Below, piece after piece: positions 1-9,450 of a stretch of DNA of 64,000 nucleotides; the first letter of the stretch is position 1; each line of letters opens with the position of its first letter. The stretch covers positions 763-64,762 of the forward strand of contig UQMA01000003.1 in assembly GCA_900542055.1 (NCBI GenBank). Direction: 5' to 3'. Below the pieces are notes generated by a model, which was not told the DNA's origin, ran no database searches, and worked only from the letters and a program-made list of their open reading frames with translations. This DNA is from an uncultured Azospirillum sp. (GTDB lineage: Bacteria > Pseudomonadota > Alphaproteobacteria > RF32 > CAG-239). A program made the translations under genes and the position numbers.

Positions 1-2778
1 ACCCAATTGAGCATAAATAGACAGCGGCAAACTATGAATGAACAAGCCCAGCAAAGCGCCGACCATAGCTACGGAAACCGAAGCCAAAACCGGAATCGGA
101 GTTGTCCAACTTTCATACTGAGCAACCAAGAACAAATAAGCAAAAGTAATAGCCAGCAAAATAATGCTGCCGATAGTTCCCTGATTGGCTTTTTCCTGAT
201 AGCTCATACCGGACCAGTCATAGCTATAGCCTTTAGGCAAAGTTGTTTCAGCCAATTTTTCCAATCCTGCCATAGCTTCACCGGTACTAACTCCCGGACG
301 GGAAATGGCCGTAATGGCGGCAGACGGATATTGGTTATAACGTGTAACGGCACGCGGACCTAAAATTTTCTTCAATGAAATCATGCCTCCCAATGGAACC
401 ATATTTCCTTCATTGTTTTGAACATAAAGGTCATTAATGCTGTTAATATCTTTACGATACTGCCAATCAGCTTGAATAACAACTTTGTTTACCTGTGTTC
501 CAAAGTTAACGTCATTGATATAAGACGAACCCAAATATTGTCCCAATGCGTTATAAACATTACCGACAGATGTTTTCATTGCTTCGGCCTTTTCGCGGTT
601 TACATCAACAAAAATTTGCGGTGTTTGCGCATTATAGGTCGAGAAAGCATACAAAACGTAAGGTGAACGCATCATATTACCGAGCATTTGTTTGAGAGCA
701 ACATCCAGCTTTTGCGGATCACTATCATCCAAAGCTTGCAATCGGAAATCCATACCACTACTGTTGCCCAATCCCATAATAGCAGGCATTTCAAACAGGT
801 TAACCTCGGCTTCAGGAGTTGTTTTGGCTATTTCAGCGCGTAATTTATTCAAAATATTGGTTGAAAGCAATATGTTGTCCGAACGCTCGTTCCATGGTTT
901 GAGAATTACAACCATAAATGAAACGTTTTCCCCCGCGCCGCCAATCATGCTGACACCGGAAATATTCATAACATGGCTGACCCCCGGTTCATCTTTTGCC
1001 ATTTTTGCCAAACGCTGCGTAACCGCTTGAGTGCGTTCGCGCGAAGCGCCTTCCGGCAGTTGAATATCAACCATAAAAACACCTTGGTCTTCATTAGGAA
1101 TAAAACTGCTTTGGCTCAAACGCATCAAGCCGAAAATTCCAGCAATAATCAAAAGCAAAATAGTGGCAATTACGCTGATTTTGCGGCTAACAATGGCAAC
1201 GATACCAACATAACGATCACGTGATTTTTCGATAATTTTTGAAAACCAGAACAATGGACCGCTTGTGCGAGTTTTAAGCGGACGCAGAATGGTCGCGCAC
1301 AAAGCCGGAGACAAGGTCAAAGCATTCAAAGATGAAAAAGCAACTGAAGTTGAAATAGCAACCGCGAATTGTTGATAAATTTTACCGGTAATACCGCCCA
1401 TAAAAGCGATAGGAACGAAAATTGCCAACAAAACCAAAGTGGTGGCCACAACAGCGCCCGAAACTTGTTCCATAGCTTTAATTGTTGCAGCTTTTGGAGA
1501 AAGTTTTTCATTTTCCATCAAGAACAATACGCGTTCAACCACAACAATTGCATCATCAACCACCAAACCGATGGCCAGCACCAATCCGAACAAAGTTAAG
1601 ATATTAAGGCTGAAGCCCATGGCCTGCAAAACCATAAAAGTTGCAAATATCGAAACCGGAATGGTTAAGGACGGAACCAATACAGAACGCCAGTCTTGCA
1701 AGAAAATGTAGCAAACAAAAATAACCAATGCAAAAGTTAAGACCAAAGTCATAACCACTTCTTCAATTGACGATTTAATATAGTCTGTCGCATTATAGGC
1801 AATAACCAATTCAAAATCGTCAGGATACATAGTTTCCAAACGTTTCATCTCAGCTTGCAGGTTAGACATGGCATCAATAGCGTTAGCGCCTGACAGCAAG
1901 TTAATAGCAATAGCAACGGACGGAGCGCCATCAAATTGAGATTTTGCACGATAATTTTCTTCACCAATTTCAATTCTGGCCACATCTTTCAAACGAACCA
2001 ATCCCCCTTCTTCGTTGGTACGAACAATAATGTTGCCAAAATCTTCGACTGTGTTCAAACGTCCGGTCGATTGTAAAGTATAAACCATTTGCTGTGTGCC
2101 ATCACCAGGCATTGCACCTACTTTTCCCAAAGAAGGCTGAATGTTTTGTCCGCTGATTGCGGCCGAAATTGATGATATTGGCAATTTAAGAGCTGTTATT
2201 TTATCAGCATCAAGCCAAACACGCATGCTCAAGGCAGCAGCATAAACGTTGACTTCGCCGACACCGTTAACTTTTAACAAATTCTTTTTAATACTATTTT
2301 GCACATAGTCGCTCAGCTGAAGTTCGGACATTGTGCCTTTAGGCGAGCGAGCTGTTAAAAAGCCCAAAATATCGCTTGAACGGCGGGATACGGTAATACC
2401 TTGCTGCTGCACTTCCGCCGGCAGTTTGGACAAAGCCTGCTGCACGCGGTTTTGAGTTTTAACCTGAGCCATATCCGGATTTGTTCCTACTTTAAAAGTA
2501 ACAGTCAAATCATAACTTCCGGCTGAGTCAGATGTTGAATCCATGTACAGCATATCTTCCACGCCGTTAATAGTTTCTTCCAATGGAATACCTACCGTAT
2601 TGGCAATAACTTCGGCGCTGGCTCCGGGGTAAGTTGCCGAAACAACGATTGTCGGCGGCGTAACCTCAGGATATAAAGAAATAGGCAATGAGAACAACGA
2701 AATTGCGCCGGCCAAAGTCAGCACAATCGAAATCACCATTGCAAAACGAGGGCGTTCAATAAAAATTCTTGAAAACAT
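1..2778 (-). CDS. RND (HAE1/AcrB-type) efflux permease, N-terminal part; 3' end lies beyond the window start
   Basis: Absent from the ORF track because it runs off the window. My translation of the minus strand from ATG 2778 gives MFSRIFIERPRFAMVISIVLTLAGAISLFSLPISLYPEVTPPTIVV, the canonical AcrB-family N-terminus. It starts 3 nt after the adaptor gene stop. I translated only the first ~45 codons. Continuity to position 1 is inferred from the absence of any other long minus-strand ORF; the plus-strand track ORFs here are short (60-118 aa) and overlapping. Confidence 0.85.
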   Translation of the reverse strand, partial: MFSRIFIERPRFAMVISIVLTLAGAISLFSLPISLYPEVTPPTIVVSATYPGASAEVIANTVGIPLEETINGVEDMLYMDSTSDSAGSYDLTVTFKVGTNPDMAQVKTQNRVQQALSKLPAEVQQQGITVSRRSSDILGFLTARSPKGTMSELQLSDYVQNSIKKNLLKVNGVGEVNVYAAALSMRVWLDADKITALKLPISSISAAISGQNIQPSLGKVGAMPGDGTQQMVYTLQSTGRLNTVEDFGNIIVRTNEEGGLVRLKDVARIEIGEENYRAKSQFDGAPSVAIAINLLSGANAIDAMSNLQAEMKRLETMYPDDFELVIAYNATDYIKSSIEEVVMTLVLTFALVIFVCYIFLQDWRSVLVPSLTIPVSIFATFMVLQAMGFSLNILTLFGLVLAIGLVVDDAIVVVERVLFLMENEKLSPKAATIKAMEQVSGAVVATTLVLLAIFVPIAFMGGITGKIYQQFAVAISTSVAFSSLNALTLSPALCATILRPLKTRTSGPLFWFSKIIEKSRDRYVGIVAIVSRKISVIATILLLIIAGIFGLMRLSQSSFIPNEDQGVFMVDIQLPEGASRERTQAVTQRLAKMAKDEPGVSHVMNISGVSMIGGAGENVSFMVVILKPWNERSDNILLSTNILNKLRAEIAKTTPEAEVNLFEMPAIMGLGNSSGMDFRLQALDDSDPQKLDVALKQMLGNMMRSPYVLYAFSTYNAQTPQIFVDVNREKAEAMKTSVGNVYNALGQYLGSSYINDVNFGTQVNKVVIQADWQYRKDINSINDLYVQNNEGNMVPLGGMISLKKILGPRAVTRYNQYPSAAITAISRPGVSTGEAMAGLEKLAETTLPKGYSYDWSGMSYQEKANQGTIGSIILLAITFAYLFLVAQYESWTTPIPVLASVSVAMVGALLGLFIHSLPLSIYAQLG

Positions 2779-2781
2779 TTT

Positions 2782-3936
2782 TTATTTTTCCTCTACATTA
2801 ACATTTTCGGCGCGGACTTTTGTGCCATCTGAAACTTTTTGAAGTCCTTGAACAATAACTCTGTCACCAGCCTTCAAACCGAGTTTGGCAATTTGACGAT
2901 CTCCCATAACTTCACCCAAAGCAACGCGGCGCTGTTCTACAATACCTTTATCATTAACAACCATGACATAATTGCCGTGTTCGTCTTGTCCTATAGAAGC
3001 TTGAGAAATAACAACAGCTTGTTGCGGAGCACCGGAATCAATATTCATATTAACATAGCTTCCCGGAACCAAAATGCCGTCATCATTGCTGAATTCACCA
3101 TAAACAGCAATTGTCGCTGTGTTGGTATCAATGGTGTTGTCAATAAATTCACTGGTTGAAGTCATGCGAACAACTTTGCCGTTTGGCAATTCAACTCTGG
3201 TGTTAACACGGCCATTTGTAATTGTGCTTTGTAAAAAGTCCGTCATTTGCTTGTCGGTAATAGAAAAAGTGATTCTAATAGGATTAACCTGAACAAGAGT
3301 TGCTAAAACACCGCTGGAAGTGCTTACAAAATTGCCTTCCGTAACTTTTGCTTTACCGATTTTACCGGAAAAAGGAGCCTTAATTTCGGCATAACCCAAA
3401 TCAATTTCGGCCAATTTATAATTGGCTTCGGCCTGTTTTACCGCTGCACGGGCCTGAAGCAAGTTGGAATAAGCTTCATCCAATTTTGCTTCTGAAGCAT
3501 ATTTTTGCTGATTCAATGATTTTTGACGATAATAATCTTTTTCTATTTTTGTCAGACTGGCTTTTGCTGAATCAAGTTCAGCTTTGCGCAAATCAGCTGT
3601 TGCCTGATATTTAGCTTTTTCAATTACAAAAAGCACATCTCCGGCATTAACCATAGAACCTTCTTTAAAAGTAACTTTTTCCAAATATCCGCTGACTTGT
3701 GGCTGCAAGCTAACAGAATTAATAGCTTCCACATGTCCGATTACGCTTTGGTACGGAGTAACATCTTGTTCTTTAACGGTTTCTACCAAAACAAAAGGCT
3801 CTGATGCCATACCTGCCGCCCCCATCATACTCTGCGGAGTAAGACGTGTTTTGAGAAACCAGCCGGCTGATATGCAAAGCACTATCAAAACCCCCTGCCT
3901 CAAAATCCTGCGGTTACTCATTTTTCCTACTTTCAT
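2782..3936 (-). CDS. RND efflux periplasmic adaptor (membrane fusion protein, AcrA/HlyD family)
   Basis: 384 aa. N-terminal membrane anchor, coiled-coil hairpin (LLQARAAVKQAEANYKLAEIDLGYAEIKAPFSGKIG) and beta-barrel-like C-terminus typical of MFPs. Directly upstream of the RND permease. Confidence 0.9.
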   Translation of the reverse strand: MKVGKMSNRRILRQGVLIVLCISAGWFLKTRLTPQSMMGAAGMASEPFVLVETVKEQDVTPYQSVIGHVEAINSVSLQPQVSGYLEKVTFKEGSMVNAGDVLFVIEKAKYQATADLRKAELDSAKASLTKIEKDYYRQKSLNQQKYASEAKLDEAYSNLLQARAAVKQAEANYKLAEIDLGYAEIKAPFSGKIGKAKVTEGNFVSTSSGVLATLVQVNPIRITFSITDKQMTDFLQSTITNGRVNTRVELPNGKVVRMTSTSEFIDNTIDTNTATIAVYGEFSNDDGILVPGSYVNMNIDSGAPQQAVVISQASIGQDEHGNYVMVVNDKGIVEQRRVALGEVMGDRQIAKLGLKAGDRVIVQGLQKVSDGTKVRAENVNVEEK

Positions 3937-3937
3937 T

Positions 3938-4561
3938 TTATTTTTCCTCTCTTTTTAGCCAGTCTAATATGATATCCAAAACACATATAAAATTTTTCGA
4001 CAAACTGAACTCTTTGTTGCAATCCGCGACATAGGTATCCAAAGCGCCGCGCCATGAATTGGCAATCATCCAAGCAAATTCACGAACATCGGCCGATGTG
4101 GATATTTCTCCCTTTTTCTGCGCTGAGGTCAGAGCATTGAGTATTGTTGTCATATGAAAATTGCGGATTTCGCCCAATTTTGCGATTACCCGATTAAAAA
4201 TTTCATCGCTCCACTCTACCTGCATAGTCGCAAAAAAGATAAATTTTTGCAAATTGGGATTAGACTCAACATATTGAGCTTCTTTCAAAAAGAACTCTCT
4301 CAATTCCGCAAGTGTTTCAGGAAGATGTTGCTTTTCACCGAGCCTTTTGCATTTTTCCTGCAAATGGCGTTTTATTAAATCAACCAAAAGATCCGTTTTG
4401 TCTTTAAAATGCCAATAAACGGCGCCTTTGGTCATACCAATGCGGGCAGAAATATCGCCGAACGATGTTTTGGAAAAACCTTTTTCATAAAAACAATCCA
4501 AAGCAGACTGCAATATCTGCGTTTTGGTGTCTTCGGTTTCTTCTTTGGTTTTGCGAACCAT
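3938..4561 (-). CDS. TetR/AcrR family transcriptional repressor
   Basis: 207 aa. N-terminal HTH FYEKGFSKTSFGDISARIGMTKGAVYWHFKDK matches the TetR signature. First gene of the efflux operon, 1 nt from the adaptor gene. Inverted repeat ATACAT-N10-ATGTAT at 4579-4600 just upstream is a plausible operator. Confidence 0.9.
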   Translation of the reverse strand: MVRKTKEETEDTKTQILQSALDCFYEKGFSKTSFGDISARIGMTKGAVYWHFKDKTDLLVDLIKRHLQEKCKRLGEKQHLPETLAELREFFLKEAQYVESNPNLQKFIFFATMQVEWSDEIFNRVIAKLGEIRNFHMTTILNALTSAQKKGEISTSADVREFAWMIANSWRGALDTYVADCNKEFSLSKNFICVLDIILDWLKREEK

Positions 4562-4710
4562 TTCATCCTCTAATATTCATACATTCAGGTAGGTATGTAT
4601 ATTAAAAATGAGAAAAATACAAGAAAAAAAATAAAATCAAACAATTTTTTTCTCGCTTTTTCACTCAAGAAATCAAAAGAAAACAACATTATTTTTTAAC
4701 TTATACCAAC

Positions 4711-4739
4711 TTGACAAAAATTTCGTCACAACATACAAT
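4711..4739 (+). promoter_or_regulatory. sigma70-type promoter (TTGACA-17 nt-TACAAT)
   Basis: TTGACA at 4711-4716, 17-nt spacer, TACAAT at 4734-4739. The predicted TSS near 4746 lies downstream of the track ORF start 4742, which argues for the ATG at 4772 (AAGGA 8 nt upstream). Confidence 0.6.
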
Positions 4740-4771
4740 ACATGTATTATAACAAGATAAGGAAAATGCCC

Positions 4772-6634
4772 ATGTTTTCGAAAAAGCGCCTTTATCAAGA
4801 TATTAATCAAGTTTGTTCTCTTACAGATGCGGTTTATGGTTCTTACACGGAGCTTCATAAATACGATAAAAACGGCAGTCCCGTAAAATTGCTTGAATTT
4901 ATAAACAAAGCCCAAAAGCTTATGGGAGAAAATGCCGCTTATTACTTGTATGCCGGAGGTATTTTACGTCAACAAATGGGTGGAGATTATGACTTCTGTT
5001 TTCCTTCCGATGTGGCAGAAGGCGGCGGCGTTACGGTCAACCAACTAGGCATAAAAGACGGAAAAGACTACCGACTTGTTTTGTTTTTTGACGACAAAAC
5101 CCTGCAAGACCGCTATAACATATACCACGAACTCGGACATTTGATGCAATATCGTTTCAATATGTTCAATCATAAAGATATCCGGCAAATATATAACTTT
5201 ATGGACAAGGGAATAAAAGCCAAAAAAACATCTTTCGGAAATTTAACCAAACGTTTTGTCAGTGCGAACAATTACCAGCTGCACCTATATGAAACCCACG
5301 CCAACGCTTTTGCAACCGCTTGCATGCTTTTGCGCTGCCAAAACCAGAAAGAATTGCGCAGTCAAAGTTTGGACTGTTATTTGAGAGCCGGAAATATATT
5401 TTTTGAAGGTGTACGCGATCCGCAAAAAATATATCCGGCTATGAAATACTATTCCGCCCTCCCCGTTCAAAAAGCAACAATCCGTGAAGTCAACAATTGG
5501 TTTAAGACCGGAGAAATCAACAAATATAAAAATAAGAACGGCGATATTGATTTTGACGCTTTAGCTTTTAAAACACGTGAAATCACATTAAAACATGCCT
5601 ACTCTCCGCGCACATTCAGTCAATTTCTAAAACAAAAAATATTTGCCTCGCATCCATCATCTGAACAAGGCTGGAGGCATTCTGTTCCCGAAGCGGCATT
5701 GCTCTGGCTGACAAGAAAACTTTATAATCCGGATCAAGCCAGTTTGGACCAACGGACAAAGCGCCATGAACAAATAGATTTACAGCGCCGTTGTCCGGCG
5801 TTTGAACCTTTGCCCGAAAAAGACGAAGCCGCAAAATTGATTAATATGTGCTGCCAAATAGACAATGCCGTTGTAGAACTGCATAATTGCTGCGAAACCA
5901 TTGATATAGAAATTGAAAACCATGACGAATTTGATTTGAATCACGCCATCTCAGCCGGACATCTGCCCGACAGCGTTGTTGAAACCGTTGAAAAACGCTT
6001 AATGTTTGAACATGGAATTTCAGAAGAGGAAGCTCAGATATTATTAAAACCATATCAAGATAATATAAACAAAATTTTAAGCAAAGAATATGACACCGAT
6101 GCTGTTTTAAGCATTATGGACTTTATGAACACAACAAACGGTCGCAATCAAATTTGGGAAATGTATTATCAAAAAAACGCCGACCCAGAAATTGAAATTG
6201 CCCCTTTAGATATTGTTGAAAAGCTGGAAAAACCATCAAAAAAAGAAATTCTCAAAAAAGAAGTCAAATGTTTTAAAGACATACGCAATATCATAACCGA
6301 CACTTTGTGCCAAAGCGTTCCTAATTCGGAAAAAACTAATTTTTCGGAAGTTCAGCGTTTTGTTATAGACAATATAGCAACTGAAGCCTTTTATAAAAAC
6401 AATAGAGCTATCGGCAAACAAGCTTTGAATCTTGCGCAACAAAGAATTCCGCAGCTCAAAAAACAACAGCCAGCTCAGCGGTTTTGTGAAGAGATAGACA
6501 AACTTTATTGCTTGTATTTTACAAAACCCGACATTTTTGCCCAAACTGTTCAAAAATACCGCAAAGATTTGTACCGCAGCTGTGGTCTATCGGATAAAAA
6601 AATTGTCATAAACCACAACACTTTTGAGCGCTAA
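4772..6634 (+). CDS. hypothetical ~620-aa protein with an N-terminal zincin HExxH / ImmA-IrrE (M78)-like motif pair
   Basis: Track ORF 4742-6634, start moved to 4772. Contains YNIYHELGHLMQ (HExxH) followed about 45 aa later by LYETHANAFATACMLL, resembling the E-x2-AN-x-FA-x3-L second motif of ImmA/IrrE peptidases. I do not recognise the C-terminal ~400 aa. Confidence 0.55.
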   Translation: MFSKKRLYQDINQVCSLTDAVYGSYTELHKYDKNGSPVKLLEFINKAQKLMGENAAYYLYAGGILRQQMGGDYDFCFPSDVAEGGGVTVNQLGIKDGKDYRLVLFFDDKTLQDRYNIYHELGHLMQYRFNMFNHKDIRQIYNFMDKGIKAKKTSFGNLTKRFVSANNYQLHLYETHANAFATACMLLRCQNQKELRSQSLDCYLRAGNIFFEGVRDPQKIYPAMKYYSALPVQKATIREVNNWFKTGEINKYKNKNGDIDFDALAFKTREITLKHAYSPRTFSQFLKQKIFASHPSSEQGWRHSVPEAALLWLTRKLYNPDQASLDQRTKRHEQIDLQRRCPAFEPLPEKDEAAKLINMCCQIDNAVVELHNCCETIDIEIENHDEFDLNHAISAGHLPDSVVETVEKRLMFEHGISEEEAQILLKPYQDNINKILSKEYDTDAVLSIMDFMNTTNGRNQIWEMYYQKNADPEIEIAPLDIVEKLEKPSKKEILKKEVKCFKDIRNIITDTLCQSVPNSEKTNFSEVQRFVIDNIATEAFYKNNRAIGKQALNLAQQRIPQLKKQQPAQRFCEEIDKLYCLYFTKPDIFAQTVQKYRKDLYRSCGLSDKKIVINHNTFER

Positions 6635-6697
6635 ATTTATTTTGAATTTATTTTTTACTGTGTTATAATCACGCTGAAAAAGACAGGAGTTCCGATT

Positions 6698-7504
6698 ATG
6701 AAAAACGAAGAAATCGCTCAAAAACTTGAAAAATTGTCAAAATTGTACATGCAGCTAAAAGCTTTGCGTGAAGCTCAAGGCGACAATTTCAGCCAAGAAG
6801 ATGAAGATTTGCTGTCAAATGCCGAACTTTTGGAAGAAGCGCTCAAAAACTATATGTATCAATTCGGATTGTCTATTTACCGTAACAAAAAAGGAAAACG
6901 CTTTTTCAAAAAATTTATTCACGATGAAGATGAAGTTCGCGGTTTTGATGAATTGGATAACCAATGCTTTGAATTTCAGGAATCCGAACCGAGCTTTTTG
7001 CAGCGTTTGTTGGAATATAAACCGGCAGACCGAATTTTAATGACCAAAGATATTGAAAATACCGTTGAAGAACTTTATCAAAAAGATCAACAAATGATTG
7101 ATATTTTTGACGAACTTATCAACGAAGAAGCCGAACGCTGCGTACAGGCAATAAAAGAAACCGAAATCGAAAACAATATTGAAAAAACTTTTGATATTCA
7201 AAATGAAATTGATACCCCGCAAATCAATATTGAAATTGATGCTCCTACCATTGAACTCTCCGAAATCGAAAAAGACATCAAACAAACTGCTCCCGCTCCT
7301 CAAAAAACAGTTATCAAACAGGTTTCAAATTCTCAGAAAAATCAGGAAAAAGCTAAAAAACCGGTTAAAATTATTCCCAAAGTTCATGATACTTATGATT
7401 GCGGCACTGAAAATGTTGACGATGAACCGCTGCCAACTCAAACAACGCCGATTAAGCCTCACCGCATACAACATGAGGTTAAGGACAACAGCAACGACAG
7501 ATGA
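6698..7504 (+). CDS. hypothetical, strongly acidic (D/E-rich) protein
   Basis: 268 aa. RBS GGAG upstream. The first ~200 aa are visibly D/E-rich with coiled-coil-like heptads, and the C-terminal ~60 aa are K/P/Q-rich. No recognisable motif. Same strand as the HExxH gene and 63 nt downstream of it. Confidence 0.55.
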   Translation: MKNEEIAQKLEKLSKLYMQLKALREAQGDNFSQEDEDLLSNAELLEEALKNYMYQFGLSIYRNKKGKRFFKKFIHDEDEVRGFDELDNQCFEFQESEPSFLQRLLEYKPADRILMTKDIENTVEELYQKDQQMIDIFDELINEEAERCVQAIKETEIENNIEKTFDIQNEIDTPQINIEIDAPTIELSEIEKDIKQTAPAPQKTVIKQVSNSQKNQEKAKKPVKIIPKVHDTYDCGTENVDDEPLPTQTTPIKPHRIQHEVKDNSNDR

Positions 7505-7769
7505 TATTTTATTGTTAAAATATTTGTTTTAGCCAACCACGCATTTTTTAATTGGAACGTATAAATTTTCAATAAAATCTGTTATATACCCCCAGTCAGG
7601 TGTTCTATTATTGCTCGTTGGTAAAAAAAATTTTTTCTTCTTTAATTTTTGACTTTATGGAGCTCCCAGTTATTTTTGGGTGCGCTACAAAAAGCGCTTT
7701 TTCATATTAAAACGAGTAGAATATGTAAGAAAACAATAAGCTTAAAATTATCTATTCATTCAATTCTTA

Positions 7770-8084
7770 TTAACGTTTTAACGGTTTTCCATCAGCATTT
7801 TTAAAACTACCCGTTAAAATACAGATAAAATCAATAAAAACCCAAATACTAACAATTGGAAGACCGACAATAGAAATCGCTAAAATAAGCATAATAACAG
7901 CACTTATTGTGTGACCGGTATAAAATCTGTGCGCACCCAAGTTGCCTAAAAATAGACACAACAATAACGCAATTATAAATTTTTCACTTTTTTCTGTTAC
8001 TTTATCTTGTTTGATTGCACATCCACAGTGAACACAAACTACTGCTTTATCGTTAACTTCTTTTCCACAATTATAACAAAACAT
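7770..8084 (-). CDS. zinc-ribbon + TM2-domain membrane protein
   Basis: 104 aa. N-terminal CYNCG...CVHCG zinc ribbon, then two TM helices with the TM2-domain motif LGNLGAHRFYTGH. Confidence 0.75.
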   Translation of the reverse strand: MFCYNCGKEVNDKAVVCVHCGCAIKQDKVTEKSEKFIIALLLCLFLGNLGAHRFYTGHTISAVIMLILAISIVGLPIVSIWVFIDFICILTGSFKNADGKPLKR

Positions 8085-8108
8085 TTTTAATGCACCTTTT
8101 CACACAAC

Positions 8109-8133
8109 AAAAAAAGCCGCTGATGAGGCGACT
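8109..8133 (-). terminator. intrinsic terminator inside the 5' leader of the TM2-domain gene
   Basis: Minus strand reads AGUCGC-CUCAUCA-GCGGCU followed by UUUUUU, about 25 nt before the ATG at 8084. Its 5' arm overlaps an alternative 9-bp pairing (see findings). Confidence 0.5.
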
Positions 8134-8352
8134 GGAAGTTGGAAACTGCCGTAAAACAGTGCGACATATTTATTATATACAATATATAACGTATTTTGTC
8201 GCCTTCCAGTCAAAGACCAGAAGGCGTGCATATTTTTCGTCTTTACACAGACGTTTACGGAGAGGTTTCCACACCTCGGACAGGTCATCAATCCTATCCG
8301 TTGTTGATATTACATTTTAAGGAAATAAAAAGCAAGTCAATTCAATGTAAAT

Positions 8353-8892
8353 TTATATATCCGTTTCTTTTACGGGCTTACAGCCGCAATAGCGCTGGTT
8401 ATACAGTTTCAACTCTTTAACCAACTGCAAACGGCGGTCTTGCATTCCGCCTTTACGCGCCTCAATTTCCAAATAAGGCATATTTGTTGCTTGTGCCGCT
8501 CTTTGAGCCGCTCTATTTACCTGATTCAAATCTTTCCAGCGTGACGCTCCCAAAACCGAAGCCACCGCATCAAAATTGTTTTCTTTGGCATATTCCATCA
8601 CACGTTTTAGCCGCATTTCAAAACATATATCACAACGCCTGCCCCGTTCAGGTTCATTTTCCAATCCTTTGGTCAATGCACACCAACGTTCGTTGTCATA
8701 CTCCAACGCAATAAAAGGAACATTATACTTTTGGCACAAACGTAAGTTTTCATCACGGCGCTTTTCATATTCAGCGTAAGGACGAATGTTCGGATTATAA
8801 AAAACGACTGCAAAATCGGCCTTATCTTGCGCCATTTTTTCAATTACAGCACAAGAACAAGGTGCACAGCATGACAATAACAAAAATTTCAT
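8353..8892 (-). CDS. queH: epoxyqueuosine reductase QueH (DUF208 family)
   Basis: Start moved to the ATG at 8892 (GGAG 8 nt upstream). MKFLLLSCCAPCS N-terminus and C-terminal RYCGCK cysteine motif match the QueH/DUF208 pattern as I remember it. Confidence 0.75.
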   Translation of the reverse strand: MKFLLLSCCAPCSCAVIEKMAQDKADFAVVFYNPNIRPYAEYEKRRDENLRLCQKYNVPFIALEYDNERWCALTKGLENEPERGRRCDICFEMRLKRVMEYAKENNFDAVASVLGASRWKDLNQVNRAAQRAAQATNMPYLEIEARKGGMQDRRLQLVKELKLYNQRYCGCKPVKETDI

Positions 8893-9027
8893 ATTTAATC
8901 TCCGCACCTACAATAACAAGAAACAAAGATAAAAACAACCCTCGAAAAGCGGCTATAATAAAATTGAAAGTTTTAAAATAAAAAAAAAGCAGGAAGGTTT
9001 TTTCCTTACTGCTTTTTTATAGATAAT

Positions 9028-9450
9028 CTAAACCCCAAACAGATAAGCAAGAGCCTCTGCAAGGTCTGGAAAAACTGCAACTGAAGAACCGCTGAAGCGA
9101 TCCTGAAGTTCATAGCGCTGCTCTGCCGGCAAATAAACTAAAGTGTCAAACTCTGTTTCGCCCAAAACAATCTGTTCGGAAGAAGCTTTTTCTTTGTTTG
9201 CCTTAACAACATCGGTAAAATACCCAGGCTGTCCTTTCACATTCAAAGCATAGAGCTCTGCACTGTCGCTGCAAATGCCATTGAGCTGTTGTGCCAAAGT
9301 ATAAAACTCATCAGGAAGAACCAGTTTTTTGGCAATCTTCTTGCGAATGTAGTTCAACACACCGGCATCAACAACAACACCGCAGGTAATACCTTCTTTG
9401 CGTTTAATTTGTTCAACAACTGCGCGCAAATCTTTTGTTTTTGTATTCAT
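9028..9450 (-). CDS. SUKH (SMI1/KNR4)-like immunity protein, second paralog
   Basis: 140 aa. Shares VLPDEFY..NG..SD.AELYA and IVLGETEFD.LVY blocks with the upstream 137-aa ORF. The LPxxY..(F/L)...NG motif is characteristic of SUKH immunity proteins. Has its own promoter-like sequence. Confidence 0.5.
   Translation of the reverse strand: MNTKTKDLRAVVEQIKRKEGITCGVVVDAGVLNYIRKKIAKKLVLPDEFYTLAQQLNGICSDSAELYALNVKGQPGYFTDVVKANKEKASSEQIVLGETEFDTLVYLPAEQRYELQDRFSGSSVAVFPDLAEALAYLFGV

Noticed and set aside
7-1711. Plus-strand track ORFs (60-118 aa) at 7-363, 418-666, 692-1030, 973-1224, 1369-1599 and 1439-1711
   Set aside because: They lie antisense to the AcrB-type permease frame, which gives a textbook N-terminus from ATG 2778. 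They are low-complexity and mutually overlapping, so I treat them as shadow ORFs.
8100-8291. 63-aa minus-strand ORF (MMTCPRCGNLS...) spanning the leader of the TM2-domain gene
   Set aside because: It runs through the terminator and both alternative stems, has only three Cys (not a complete zinc ribbon), and has odd composition. It is more likely non-coding, although a weak AGGA precedes it, so translation is not excluded.
8085-8352. preQ1 riboswitch, suspected because the leader lies just downstream of queH
   Set aside because: The GAGG-N8-CCUC hairpin lacks the A-rich 3' tail and the loop nucleotides of preQ1-I as I remember them. The proximity to queH may be coincidental.
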